Of a DNA stretch of 64,000 bases, positions 13,885-27,097 are shown in pieces. Position 1 is the first letter of the stretch, and each line of letters starts with the position of its first letter. The notes below the pieces were generated by a model, which did no database searches, was not told the origin of the DNA, and saw only the letters and a program-made list of their open reading frames with translations. The position numbers and the translations under genes were made by a program. Source of the DNA: Paraphysomonas bandaiensis (taxonomy: Eukaryota > Protista > Chrysophyceae); the NCBI GenBank assembly GCA_965644295.1, contig CBFFRP010000133.1, positions 1-64,000 of the forward strand. The letters are read 5' to 3'.

Positions 13885-14448
13885 CTAGTTTCGATGACAC
13901 ACACTACAGTACTATATATACGACACTTATAATCCAAATAAACAATTATATCACTCAATTCTCATGAGATGATAATGGTATTAATTGGTAGGTATAGGGA
14001 ATGAAAAGAGAGAATGAATGATATGATGGTTAATGTGTTAGATGAGGGTGTTGTATGGTTATGTTAATGTATAGAGAAACATGCAGAGAGAGTGACTGAG
14101 AGATGCCTATACATACATACATATACATACATACATATACATACATATCCGTATATATAGATAGAGAAGTGAGAAGATATCAGTTATACACTTCGTAGAA
14201 GCCAATGATATGTGAGAATAGTATTTTGATTGGATGATAGGAGAATAGAAGTATCCCCATATGGGGACATCAATGATGTAAACATGTATAGGTACGAAGG
14301 TAGGTAGGTAGGTATGTATACCGGTATACATATGTATTATATCTGTGTATATCCATCTTATGTATGGTATATGTACATATCTCTGCTGTTGAATGGTCAC
14401 TCCAGCACTGCTGCTATTACCTTCACCATATATGCCCAACATCTCCTC

Positions 14449-17400
14449 ATGAACAATCATTCCACAATCTCCCTTCTCTATCTCATTGCTGCTCTCATTC
14501 CTTCCCTCTATCCATCTATCTCTATACATACAGAGAGCTCCCTACGGTCATGTATATCCGACCTCTCCCCAACAGCAATGTACGTATATTCACATACTGC
14601 TATATAACACACTTCAATTCCTACTATATAAAACCATATAAATTATATTAAAAAACTACCAGTTTTTAATATATAATATCTAAAAATTCATAATAATATC
14701 ACTATATATTATAGTTTTATAAACTCAGAAGATTTTTCATATGAAGATATGCGTATTGGAGATAACTATCGCTATGACAATATCTATCCATTACTTATAG
14801 TAGAGATACATCAAGTATCTGATATATCTGCATCTATAAAATGTGCAGATCGATATCATATTGAAATTATTCCATCGAATGGTGGCCACAGGTAGGTCAT
14901 CTATACATATCTACACATGATCTCATATAATCGTATGATGTATTAGTTTTGAAGGGTTATCAACAACATCTGGATTATTATTACATCTTAATTCATATAA
15001 TAATGTAGTAGATAGTTCATTGACTGATGATCCTACTAGAACATCTTATATAACTGTACAATCTGGTATGAGATTAGGTATGTATACTCATATGTTAGTG
15101 TGTTATATACAGTGTGATACTGATATGATGATATGTGTATGTATATAGCATTACATGATATGAATAGCTGTAGAATTGATATGAAACATCCCTCACAATA
15201 GTGTTTTTTTGTAGGAAAACTATATGGTAGTATCATATCTCTTGAGCAAGAGCAGAACACAGAGAAATCTTACTTACTTGGTGCTGGAACCTGTCCCACT
15301 GTAGGGGTTACGGGACACGTACTGTGTGGGGGATATGGCTACCTTGGTAATTTTCGGCATGATTTCTCTGCGTTCTTAATCTTTTATTAAACAGGACGAG
15401 AGTTAGGATTGACGTCAGACCAAGTTCTGGGGTTTGAAGTAGTAACTCCCACTGGGGACGTTATTGAGGTCAATGACAACGTGAATCCAGACTTGTTTTG
15501 GGCTCTCCGGGGATCATGCTCATCCTCCTTTGGTATTGTATCTACTATCACTTTCAAGTTAGCCATAAACCCAGACGGAAATAAACTGACTACTATCATT
15601 ATACCCCCAATATCCAACACTAACGACATGAAACGAGCTGTCAGATTTTTCCAGGAATACTCTTATTTGAACGCCCCGAATAAACTAACCATGACACTCT
15701 TTTTTTGGCAGAATGGATGGCTTAACCTTCATGGTACTGAATTATACTCAATAAGCGTGCGATCTTATTATGCTTGCAGGTGTGTATATTGGAAGTAGAG
15801 AGAGTGCCCTCGATGCAACATTGGATGACATCAGCCTTGGACTCAGTAGTATTTATAGTAAAGACAATATTCGCAACTATTATCAGGAGCGAACATTTCT
15901 AAGCACATTAGCTTGGTGGGGATATATGAGTAGTAGCACTACTGTCGAAGATCTACTGTCTATCAATTCGTTGCCCTCTATTTATCAGCGGACGTACAGG
16001 CGGAAGTCCAAGAGTATATTAATTGACCGCGTCATTGACGACTCTGCGGTAGACTACATTATTCAACTGTTCAATGAACAGAAACTTGATCAGGTATATA
16101 TCACGTAGTCTGCTGAGCGTTCTGTGTATGTTCTGATATTTTTTTACATCTTACAGTTTCAGTTTAAAGCTTATGGAGGAAGACTTCACCCTGTAAATGT
16201 AGAGATTGACCCGGATACAGGGGATTCAGTGTACACTTCTTATACTTATCCACTGTCTCCCCTACTCAGAGGTCAGACATCACATCGTTATCGTTGATAT
16301 TACATATAAATATACTTCTATTCATGCTATTTACAATACCTATGATACTTCTTTACAGTCTGTGTGTCTGAGTATATGATACAGGTCATGGGTTTGAATT
16401 GCACTTCGGTAACGCGTATTCGATGGGCTATAACCCGCCCCGGAGTTCTGTCATTGCTAAAGACGAAGCATTGGTGACAGAGATAAACGATATCGGAAGG
16501 ACATTGCAAAGTGTGTTTGGTATGTCCTCTTATGCATATGTGGGGTACATAGACCTGGATGTGGATTCCAGTTCAAGCAGTGCAGGTGCATTATATTTTG
16601 GACAGACCAACTTCTTGCAGCTAGAGTCATTACGGAAATCTTTTGATCCAGAAAATATCCTAGCATCACAAGCGTCGAACTACTTGTACGTTGCTTCAAC
16701 CTCAGAACCAAGCTTTTCTCCAACGAAATCACCAACATCTTTCCCTACACCTCCATTACCAACACGTACTCCAACCATATTGCCCACATGGCGCCCTTCG
16801 ACCTTCCCGACATATTCCCCGACTTATACTCCAACTACTGTGCCGACGAAATCACCAACATTTTTTCCTACTCCTCCACTACCTACACATACTCCAACCA
16901 TATTGCCCACATGGCACCCTTCGACGTTCCCGACATATTCCCCGACTTATACTCCAACTACTGTGCCAACGAAGTCACCAACATTTCTTCCTACTCCTCC
17001 ACTACCTACACATACTCCAACCATATTGCCCACATGGCGCCCTTCGACGTTCCCAACATGTTCCCCGACTTCTACACCAACTACTTTGCCGACGAAATCA
17101 CCAACTTTTTTCCCTACACCTACAAGTCCTCCAACCATATTGCCCACGTTTCACGCTTTGGCCGACCCGACATGTGCTCCCACTTCTAAGCGAAGTTTAC
17201 ATCCGACTGCGGTACCTCTAGTTTCTCCGACATCATCTTCTCCTACAAGTACCCCCAGTCTGCTGCAGCCGTCGTTTGTTCCATCTGCTGAAGTCATCCC
17301 TTCAGGCCAGCCCACTGCGATACCACTTCCAACTGTAGATATTACCTCGGCACCAAGCGGTGAACCCACTCGACTAACCTTATTTCCCTCATCTACGCTA

Positions 17401-17937
17401 GTTGTACCAACGGTGCTGCCGTCATCTGCTGGAGGTAGTGAAAATATTCCGTCTGTTGTACCATCTACCTTGCAAACGGAGAGTGTACGTACTTTGTTAC
17501 CCTCAATGCTGTCTAGTCTGACAACTAATCCTTCGATGACGCCGTCAACTGTAGATAGCAATATTACCTCTAAAAGAGATGAGTCAGTGTCGTTCATTAG
17601 CAAAGTTGGGTCGATGGGATATATTTTTGCTTTATTGTGTGTGTTTGCGGTTGCTGTGGCTGGACTCGTAGTTGTGATGGTGATAAAAAAGAGGAAAGTT
17701 GAATCACCTGCGTGCACTCTGCCCTCAGATCAAGGTCAAAGTACCAGTGATGGTGGGAGCAACGACCCTTTCACTTTTTTCATTGATTCTCCGATGTTAA
17801 TGGATACTGACCATCAGCAGTGTGTAGTTCTTGATTCTAATCAATCCGAGTCATCAAAGAGAAAGTCGTCACTTTTGTCCCAAATACGAATGTCATCGTA
17901 CGATGAGCTGAGTGATACAGATGAGGTATGTATATAG
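14449..17937 (+). CDS. Berberine-bridge-enzyme-like (AA7-type) FAD oxidase with signal peptide, P/T-rich stalk and C-terminal transmembrane helix; multi-exon
   Basis: Spliced exons give NGGHSFEG (His FAD attachment) and GTCPTVGVTGHVLCGGYG (Cys attachment), DLFWALRG, and the BBE domain YVGYID...YFG..N...L..LRKSFDPEN; then PT repeats and IFALLCVFAVAVAGLVVVMVI-KKRK. Confidence 0.85.
16710..17150 (+). repeat. Coding tandem repeat of about 123 bp (41 aa), roughly 3.5 units, forming the P/T stalk
   Basis: PTKSPTxFPTPPLPTHTPTILPTWRPSTFPTYSPTYTPTTV units. Confidence 0.9.
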
Positions 17938-18304
17938 GTATATTCTCATACCCACAAATTGTAAGCTTTTGTACTTCGAAGGAGTACATGATGATGTGAT
18001 CATGAAATACAAATTATATGTTGCTACATTAAATCGTCTGTGTAGGTATATATATATATATCTTTGTGAATATTTGTCGTACCTAAAGTCGTCAGTCGTT
18101 ACGAATTGCAGTAGTATCGTTTCTGACTAATGATATTAGTAAAAAGTACCTATTATCATCAAAACTCTAGTATCGTAATACCGTAATACTACATCAACTG
18201 ACTAATCACTTAACTTCTTTTTTATCCTTTATTTTATACTATTTATAGACATAGCTAATAGACATGAATACTTCTCTGAATTACGTTGCCATGTTTTTTC
18301 TATT

Positions 18305-19160
18305 TCAAATTGTAGCTATACTGTACGATCTGCTAGTAGATTTACTAAGAAACATATCTATCATCCGGTATTTCGGAAGCAGCGAGTTTCGGAACAGGTG
18401 ATCCTTTACGATCGTGAACCAAATCGACTGCCTGTTGGGGTCCCACTTATACTTGTCGCGTTCAGAGCAAGTTCTGGAAATATTCATGTGAAAAATGCTC
18501 GGGCAACGATGTAGCCCAGTACGACCCTAAGGTGAAGAGCACACACATCTCCGGATCGCTGTAGTTAACGAAGAAGTTCATCACCTTCAGGAGACTGGTC
18601 TTCAACTCGCTCCATAAACTTCGGAGGCATCCTTCTTCGAAGTTCCACTCATAGTATCTGAAGCTGCTGAAGTACGCTTCATTAGCCCGACCTTGTACAG
18701 CATATGTCAGCGCTATATATGTTGACGTCAAAATGTCTTTCGGTTGACCTATTGAAGGTGTTATTCAATGAAAACTTTACTCATATCAACAACAAACCTG
18801 AGCGATACTCACATCACAACCTCACGATCAATTCCACTGACTTTCTCTGCAACTGGAACTCCAGCTTCCTGGCATCTCCTTGTGATAAGCTTCACCAAGG
18901 CGGGCCTAATATCAGTCATCCATTTCTGGTCCGATACGTGAAGCACTCGATGATTAGGACATCGTTTCTGCTATACAGTGTAGGCGTCCGAAAATAAAGT
19001 TTTGCAGATCCCAGTGAGTGAGAGTCTCCTTTGTTCTTCCCTCTCTTATTATGGGCTTCGCTGATCCAATATACGCCAAAGAACCGGAACAGTCGAAATT
19101 CAATGAAGGAGTTCGGGTCTGCAAGAAATCCTTAAAGTGGGACAGACCATAGGACGTGCC
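18305..19160 (-). pseudogene. Possible decayed minus-strand gene or element of unknown family
   Basis: Coding-like GC content, short open segments in shifting frames and an intron-like gtgagt...caatag segment; I could not build an intact model. Confidence 0.35.
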
Positions 19161-19599
19161 TGGTTACCGCCGTTACCTATTTGGAATCAATATTATGTAT
19201 ACATGTATGTATGTATCTTAAGTACCTGCCGCTGTTGGATACACTGCTGCTGTATCTAGCTACTACAGGCAGTTGTACATTGCCTACGTACCATGCGGCA
19301 TGCTACAGTTGTATGATTATGGTGCGTATTTTCAGGGACGGTGAGGAGGGAGTTCACCCTAACAAGTTGACCAGACAAAAACTCCCAGATTTTTAGCTAT
19401 ATCAAATCACGAAAAAGGGTGATTTTTTTACATGGTCGATATACAGTATTCCCATCTGGTTGACTTTTTCCCACCCACAGACTCTCTCTCCTCATATACA
19501 TATACAACAATCAACCCTCTTAACCAACTCACATTACAGACAAACTAAACCACAAACTTCATCAAAACTGAATTATTTATCATCTAAATCTATCTATCT

Positions 19600-20671
19600 A
19601 TGGCAGATATATGTTTAAAGCGTTTAAGAAAAGAATATCGTGATATTAAGAAGAATCCTGTAGATAATATACGAGGTATGACTATGATACTGTATGGGGA
19701 TAGTATTAATATATGGGATACTGTATATACAGCGGCTCCATTAGAGAATAATACATTAGAATGGCATTATGTTATTGAGGGTGTGAAGGGGTCTGTATAT
19801 GAAGGGGGATGGTATCATGGTGTCTTGTTATTCCCTAAAGAGTATCCGGTATGACTTTGATTAGATGTGTGATATGTATCTATATGTGTATGTATGTGTG
19901 ATATGTATGTGTATGTATATGTATGTGTGATATGTATGTGTATGTATATGTATGTGATATGTATATGTATGTGTGTATGTCTCTATATGCATGTGTGATA
20001 AATATTTGTTTATTTATGTGTGTGTTACAGTATAAGCCCCCATCTGTGATTATGTACACTCCCAATGGACGGTTTCAAGAAAGGGTCCGACTTTGTTTAA
20101 GTATGAGCGACTTTCATCCAGAGTTATGGAATACTAGCTGGTCGGTGTCCACGATATTGATCGGCCTTCACTCTTTTATGATGGAAGAAACTCCTACTGC
20201 GGGCAGTGTAGTTACATCAAGTAGAATGAAGCGTGCTTACGCAGCTAAGTCGCTGGCGTTCAACTGTAAAGATAAGTGAGTAGTTGAGGCATACATGCTC
20301 TGATATTATCATATTGCGAAAGCACAGAGTATTGTCTTTAAAACACAACACAACATGTCATGTTTCAGTGAGCCATTTCATAATGGTCTGTATTTTGTTC
20401 CAGGAACTTTTGTGCACTTTTCCCTGAGTTGGTGGAACTGTATGAAGCACAGCAGGTAAGTAGAGCTTCTTACTTTCATAAATTGCAATATTTTTTAACA
20501 TGCATACATCAGGAGGCATTGGGTAAAGAGGACTCAGACAAGGTGATGGCTTTAAACACAGATGAGCCTGTTTCTGGCTGGGAGAATTTAATTCGTCGAA
20601 TTCCCTTCTGGGCTGTATTAATAGCCATAATATCTCTGTTTTCGGCTGCGATTTATATTGATATCATTTAA
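19600..20671 (+). CDS. UBC6: ER-anchored ubiquitin-conjugating enzyme E2 (Ubc6/UBE2J2); 5 exons
   Basis: KRLRKEY, WHYVIEG, FPKEYP/YKPPS, TPNGRF...RLCLSMSDFHPELWN active site and a C-terminal TM; introns 19676-19732, 19849-20030, 20276-20403 and 20456-20512. Confidence 0.93.
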
Positions 20672-21336
20672 CTCGGAGGATAAGGGCACCAATCAAGGTC
20701 TACATTGTTATCTTTAGAGTTACATGCAGTTCATAATGTTCTTGTTGTATTCCTATCAAGCTGTCATAATATATATTTGTCTTGGTACTTATTCTAGATT
20801 GGATAACGTACAGTTAGCATATAATGATATTAATAAGTTGTACTAGCGCATTTTCTAACATTTGTGGAGTTGTAGATCGCGAACACAAAACATTGTGTGG
20901 TTCTATTTGTTAACCCCTAAATATGTAGCCCTTACTACGCTCAGATATGTCAGTTGTTTAGTTCTCATATACTCATGTTTCAAATAGAAATCCCAACACA
21001 TCACGACATGTTAATGCTATGAATTAGCAACATTTACCAATGATAATAATTGAAATTATAACCAAATAATTTTTACGTAAGCCTGAAACGTATGACGAGC
21101 ATAATTTATAGCTAGCATTAGCAATGACTTATATATTCGCTTAATTCAATTCCTTTCGTAACTGAATTCACTCTTTTCTATTCTAGATGAGTTAATTTTA
21201 CTAATTGCACATTAGTCCTTCACAATTGCACAAAAAATGGGATATCGTACAACAATCTAAACTCTATTATTATAATATCTGAGTCTAACACCTCATACAT
21301 AACCTTGAGCGATTTACAATTTACATATACCTCATG

Positions 21337-22597
21337 TTACGTGAACTCGCCTGCACGATTAGTACTATGTACAGTACTAGCCTGAACAGGGGGTATATAC
21401 GATGGCAGCGCCATAACAGCTTCTTCCATTGTATTGATAGAATTCGAACTACGCTGCAGCATATGACTGCTACTATACGTTATCAGCTGAGAGTCACAGA
21501 GTGGAGATTCAATATCATACGATATGCTACTATACACCCCTGAGGCTGACTCTGGAGGAATAGGCTGCTGTGGCTGTCGTGGTGCATCCACACTCAAATC
21601 GCAGGCTATGCTGGAAACATTATCACCAGAATCGAATGCAACTAGGTGGCAGCAACAACACAAGTTGGGTAACCATACAACCAGTGTAACTATACCGACT
21701 ATATTCTGAGCTAATATAAACATATAATAAGACGTATAGGGGTACGACGCTGACTCAGCGCAATTTATATCGTAATAAGTTTCCCACGTTGTTAGTGCGG
21801 TGATATCGTTATCACCTCCAAGTGATTGAGCAGATATCACAATTTGTTGATATATAATACACACTCCTATCATCATGCACTGTCCATATCGTGTCCAGGC
21901 ATTGTATTTCATCGAAAAGATACATATGGCAATCTGAAGTGCACCAGTGCACAAAGCAGAAAGGAATAATATTCTAACAGTTCGGTATGTATGTGTGGCT
22001 GCTTTCTCAGTATCGGTATTTGCAAGTGCATCAATTTCTTGCCAAACACTTTTCTGATCCCAATGAATGCAATCCGACTTGCCAAACCCACCACTGTGAG
22101 GTATCAAGCACACACCATCGTCAAGGTGTATAACAATATGTACACTGTCGCAATTTCCCCAATAATCTAACGACCACCACGGCATCGCATAAGATAAAGT
22201 TGTTGCAATATTACTGATGACACAAAGAACTACAGATAATAAACATAAGTAAGATACATCATCAATAAGGTGGTAAAGTATACCTAATGCAATCTTCCAG
22301 CCATTGTGTGATAAGGTCCGCAATGTAAAAAATTGCACCAATCGCTGTCTGTCAGCCAATCAAACAGCTGCAATTCTATTTCTAGTGTTTTTACCGGATA
22401 TTTAGTTTAGTAGATGAATTGGGAGAAGTATGTGTCTCTACAGGATCCTCATCACTGATTGGTTGATTTCTGGCGATAGAGTTAATTGCAGTGTAATCAC
22501 CATATAAATCTGATCCTTGTTCAGTTAATCTGATATCATGTGATGGATATGAAGGGCTGGAGGGGGAGGAGAGTGTGTTGGGAGGTTCATTTTGCAT
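21337..22597 (-). CDS. Uncharacterised multi-pass membrane protein with a claudin/tetraspan-like Cys-containing loop; 2 exons
   Basis: Intron 22349-22394 (46 nt) joins the two ORFs as ...NIRQRLVQFF; about 4 hydrophobic helices, a W...L.DG.C...C loop and a juxtamembrane CCCC. Confidence 0.65.
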
Positions 22598-22974
22598 GGT
22601 TACATGAAGGTGTTGTATATATAGTTGTGTGTACTAGCATAGAGTGATATAGCCATAGATAGTGAGACATAGCCATGTATGTATATCTCTGCTCTAGATA
22701 GATACTGCTGTCTGCTGTATATGTATGTATGTATGCTGCTGTACATGCATATACTGCTGTACGAACGTACCAAAACTGGATATCAATATGGCATAAAACC
22801 CCACTTTTATAATAAAATCACAGTATTTATCTATAAAAGTGGGTTTCCATCCCGCCGTATAATAAAAACATGCTATTTTTAATATCATATTTTTGAATGT
22901 TTTGTTTTTTTGGTTCATATGAAATTCACGCACTGTGGAGTCAGTTGAATTGTATCGGCAAACTTCGTATATTT

Positions 22975-23093
22975 TTGTTCCAAGGTGCCTCGTATATTGA
23001 GACAACAATTATCTGTATTCCAGCCGTAGTTGTATAGCAGTAATATAGAGAAATTTTATCTCAATTTATTTCCGAAAAATAAGATGCTAACTG
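22975..23093. repeat. Dispersed repeat; further copies at 33500-33642 (inverted) and 43850-43995
   Basis: tattgagacaacaattatctgtattccagccgtagttgtat..cagtaatatagagaa is shared by all three loci. Confidence 0.8.
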
Positions 23094-24289
23094 ACGATAA
23101 CGATGTTAATATATGTGAGAGTATCTAGCAGTTAATGGAGCTGTTAATGTGTTAGTGCACCATATGATGCATATTATCAGCCATTCATCTACTCATTGAA
23201 GGGTCATAATGAAGTAAATGCAATGATATCTATCCAGCTATATGTGAGTGATGGTGTGAAGTAATCCATGTAACGGTAATGCTTATGTCTGTATAGCGTA
23301 CATCACACATACATATGAGTCATAAGAGTCATATGAGAGTGTATATAATGCAATAAGAGCATTGTTGTATTAACAGTGAGACTGATATCTATAAACATGT
23401 TCAGTGAAGGGCATTATGTATGACAGTAAGAGTGTATGATATGTAAGCTAGTAATAACTACTGATGTATATATGTATATATATGAGATGCTATTATCACC
23501 CTCTTCTTTTCATTTTATTTTCAATTGTTTTTATATTTATTTATTCCAGTTGTAAATACATTGTCTTATCTTAGTGTACGCATTACCATACACTTCCTGT
23601 TCGTTGCTCCCGCATATGGATACCTTGTACCTGATTAATTTTATTAGTCCGGATAGCCTGTATAGTATATATATCCACCAGTTTAGACGAAATCATTCTA
23701 TACCTGCTACAGTTGTTTTTGTGCCTTTTGCTTAGTATATCACCGATGGTGCAATTAATCTCTATGGACCAGCCTTCTCTCTTTCGTTTCCCAGAGCCTT
23801 GCTTTGTTGCTCACACAATGTACTTTCAAGAAAGAGTATTATCAATCTCAACATTTCACATCATTTTCATGTAGCATCTGGTGAACATCTCTTCTCAGAA
23901 ACATCTGTTCATCATATGTTCACCAGCCACTCCTATATCTTACATCGTACATAGTCGCACATCAGTTTCTTTGCATATTTATTCCTATTCCTGTTGTTGC
24001 AGTTTAGTAGGTTCTGTATTTCATTGGTACACAGAAATACAGGATAGCTACTGTTGATAAACATCAATAAGCTACAATTGCGCGGAGTAAGCTGGTAATA
24101 AATTTATATGCCCATTATATGGATTTTATGCGCGCTACAACCAACTCCTACATTATAGATAGTAGTGAATGTCTTATTCTAATAGGCGTGTAAGAAGAGA
24201 CAGAACTAATGTAGCAAAGCAATTTAACTAACTTGTAGCTTGTTGATGTTTATCGCTAGTAGCTATCCATTATTCTATGTAAATACAGT

Positions 24290-24450
24290 ATTGAATATAT
24301 TATTATATTAGCAATTATAGGCGTGTAAGAGTCAGAACCAATGTAGTAATTTTTTTTAAATAACTAGTGCTTAACTGACATCCTACTATTTCACGCTACG
24401 AAAGCTGCTTGTGCGTCACCGCAAGCACCAAGGTGCAACCACTTTCGCTC
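24290..24450. repeat. Dispersed repeat ending in a GC-rich hairpin; copies at 41660-41850, 47930-47980 (inverted) and 10050-10080 (inverted)
   Basis: atcctactattt..cgctac..aagctgcttgtgcgtc...gcaagcaccaaggtgcaaccactt is shared. Confidence 0.75.
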
Positions 24451-25029
24451 TGTATGAAATACAGAATCTACAGGACTGCAATAAGAGTAGCTATAAAAAG
24501 TATACAATGAAGCTGAAAATGTAGTAGCTGATAAATACTGTGTTTGTACAATCACAATATGCTACAAAACATCATAATTTCATAATATTTCTCCAAACAT
24601 AATTCAGTCAGTTTATGCAAATATAACAATGGTTCATACTGACAACCATTATCCCCGTAACGTACTACCCGTTTTGGTCACATGGAATATATTCATTTTT
24701 GGATTTGCCTTTCCTCATGAAAATTCAAAACTATTTCAGGAATTATGGAAGGTGTAGATATATATATGAGTGTAATTATACCCCGAATGTCAACTGTGGC
24801 TCAGTTAAATTGCGACAATCACCTGGACCCACTGAATGGGTTGAACATTGATGAACAGAAGCACAAACTCTGCTTAAGAAAATTTCGAATATAATATAAT
24901 ATAAAAATTACAGAATTATGAAAATTCAAATATTTTATTTTTTTGTAAACAATTATTATTATCTTGTAAAGTAACACCACGACAATCGTCAGGTTTTCTA
25001 CAACTTTGATGATGATATCAATCCATGAC

Positions 25030-26720
25030 AGGTTACTTCATATAGGGTATCCAGCTGATCGAAAAGGATACAAGATGCTAGTGGGGGATACCGTAGTACA
25101 CTCTGTACATGTATTGTTTGATGAATCGGTACCTGAGAGGTCTCAGGATTATTATAGAGAGCTGGAGGAGGCTCAATTGGCTATAGACCGCAAGGCTCGC
25201 CAACTGGGTGAGTTTTTGAGTATCTTATCGGAAAGCACCATCATGAGGACGGTGGTCTGCTATATACAAAACCAACAGAGTGGTGATAAGAAAGGGGCTT
25301 ATTGTGAGAGATATACCGGTCGTTGGTTACCGGTGGCCAAGTTCAAGTATAGGAGGATACGACTCCTATTCACATTATATTGCTGACATCAAGAAGATGA
25401 CAGAGAAGACCTTGCGCAGAGAGGGTGGTTAGGGCCAGAGTTACTGACAATCTTGACGGTGGGCAGGTGCAGCCCCAGGCTGACTCAGTATCATCTTCGG
25501 GGAAACGGACCCCTGCCGAGAATCATCCGCACGGCAAACGCGCGAGAACTCCAAGGACGGTAACGAATGTGTCAGTGTTAGGACAAATCCACCACTTGAG
25601 TGATGAGGGTGATGTGAGTGACCTTTTACAGGAGAGGCAGACTCAGTGTGGATGTCAGCGGAAGAGTCACAGTGCGTTGTTAAGGGGGTAACAGTGCGAC
25701 TGTTAATCGCCATAAATAGCCTTCGTGATGAACATGGTAATTCATCAACTGCATGTGTGTAACGCATTTCTATATGCAGATATATAGAGGGGGACGTATA
25801 TATGAAGGCAACTCCGGACTTTCAGCTGCCTGAGGGGTACGGGCTTCGGAGTTCCCCGCGGTCGTGGTAGAAAACATTGGATAAATTTATACGATCTATG
25901 TGTACTTTAAACCATGTATTAGACCCGTGTTTGTATTATCAGTATAAGGGCGATGAATTGGTATATTATTAACGATATATTATATGTGATGAATTAAGGA
26001 CAAGCTATTAACATACGTATGGCAATATATTTGTGGTTCTATTGACAAAGGGGAGACGGATTGGGCGGGAGACCAGCTGTCCAGGAAGTCCACGTCGGGG
26101 TACGTTGTTGGGTTCGCAGTGGGAGGATCAATAGTCTGGCAGTCCAAATTGCAGACGACAGTGGCAACGTCAAGCATGAATGCAGTCTGAGTATCATTGT
26201 ATTTACTCGGGTCTCCAAGAAGTGCTATGGGTTCGGGGGGGGGGCGGGTGAGATTAAGTTGAGGCTCATCAAACCCACACCATTCTTCATCGACAGTCAG
26301 AGTGCCCAGGATTTGGCCGAAAACCCAGTGTTTCACAAGAAGTCGAAGCACATTGAGATTAGGTATCACCTAGTGAGAGAGCACGTGGATCCCAACCAGT
26401 TCAATACGATTAAGTTAGTGCATGTACATACATCGAAACAAGCAGCAGATATTTACACAAAAGTTATTGGTTGGTTTATCATATATGGTGGAGCAGAGAA
26501 GGAGAAATCTTGGAGAGAAAATTAAGAGTTCCACTGAAGTGATTAATGAGGGACCAAGAGATAAAAGAAGACGCAAGTAGGCACTGAGTTTTCAGACAGA
26601 GGTTTAGACTTAGAGATGAGTCTATTTTACTGTCAAGAATTTTTATCTCAGGCACACAATAGCTAGGAGGCGTCATGGTACAACATTCAATTGAGGGGGA
26701 GTGTTGAGATCTGAAGATTC
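25030..26720 (+). mobile_element. Decayed Ty1/copia LTR retrotransposon fragment
   Basis: IGYPADRKGYK...HVLFDE downstream of integrase; DVYMK RT remnant; RNase H TDWAGD..SRKSTSGYV and DSQSA...NPVFHKKSKHIEIRYH...ADIYTK; polypurine tract GAGGGGGAG at 26693-26701 followed by TGTTG. Confidence 0.9.
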
Positions 26721-27097
26721 TATATACTTGCAATTGAGTGCAGTATTATGTGAGATGCAAGGATCGAAAGATATATATATAATATGTAATTAGTACATTA
26801 TATTGTGTAGTATGAAACTGAAGTAGAAGTTGATGACTATACAGGATACGATTACGGAATGTGTTGTTCGTACACTATAGTAGTAGATGAATGGTGTTGA
26901 ACACATCGAATACAACTTAGGTTCTTTATCATGTAATGTTTTTAATCTCATCTTATCAATTGAGAATAGCAAACCTTAGCAAATAATGTCAACTTCTGCT
27001 AATATTGACTACTTAAAATACTTACAAGCGATAATCAACTGAACTTCTGGTGTCCATGAGTTAAGACTAGTATACGGGTTTAATGCACAACCTAAAT

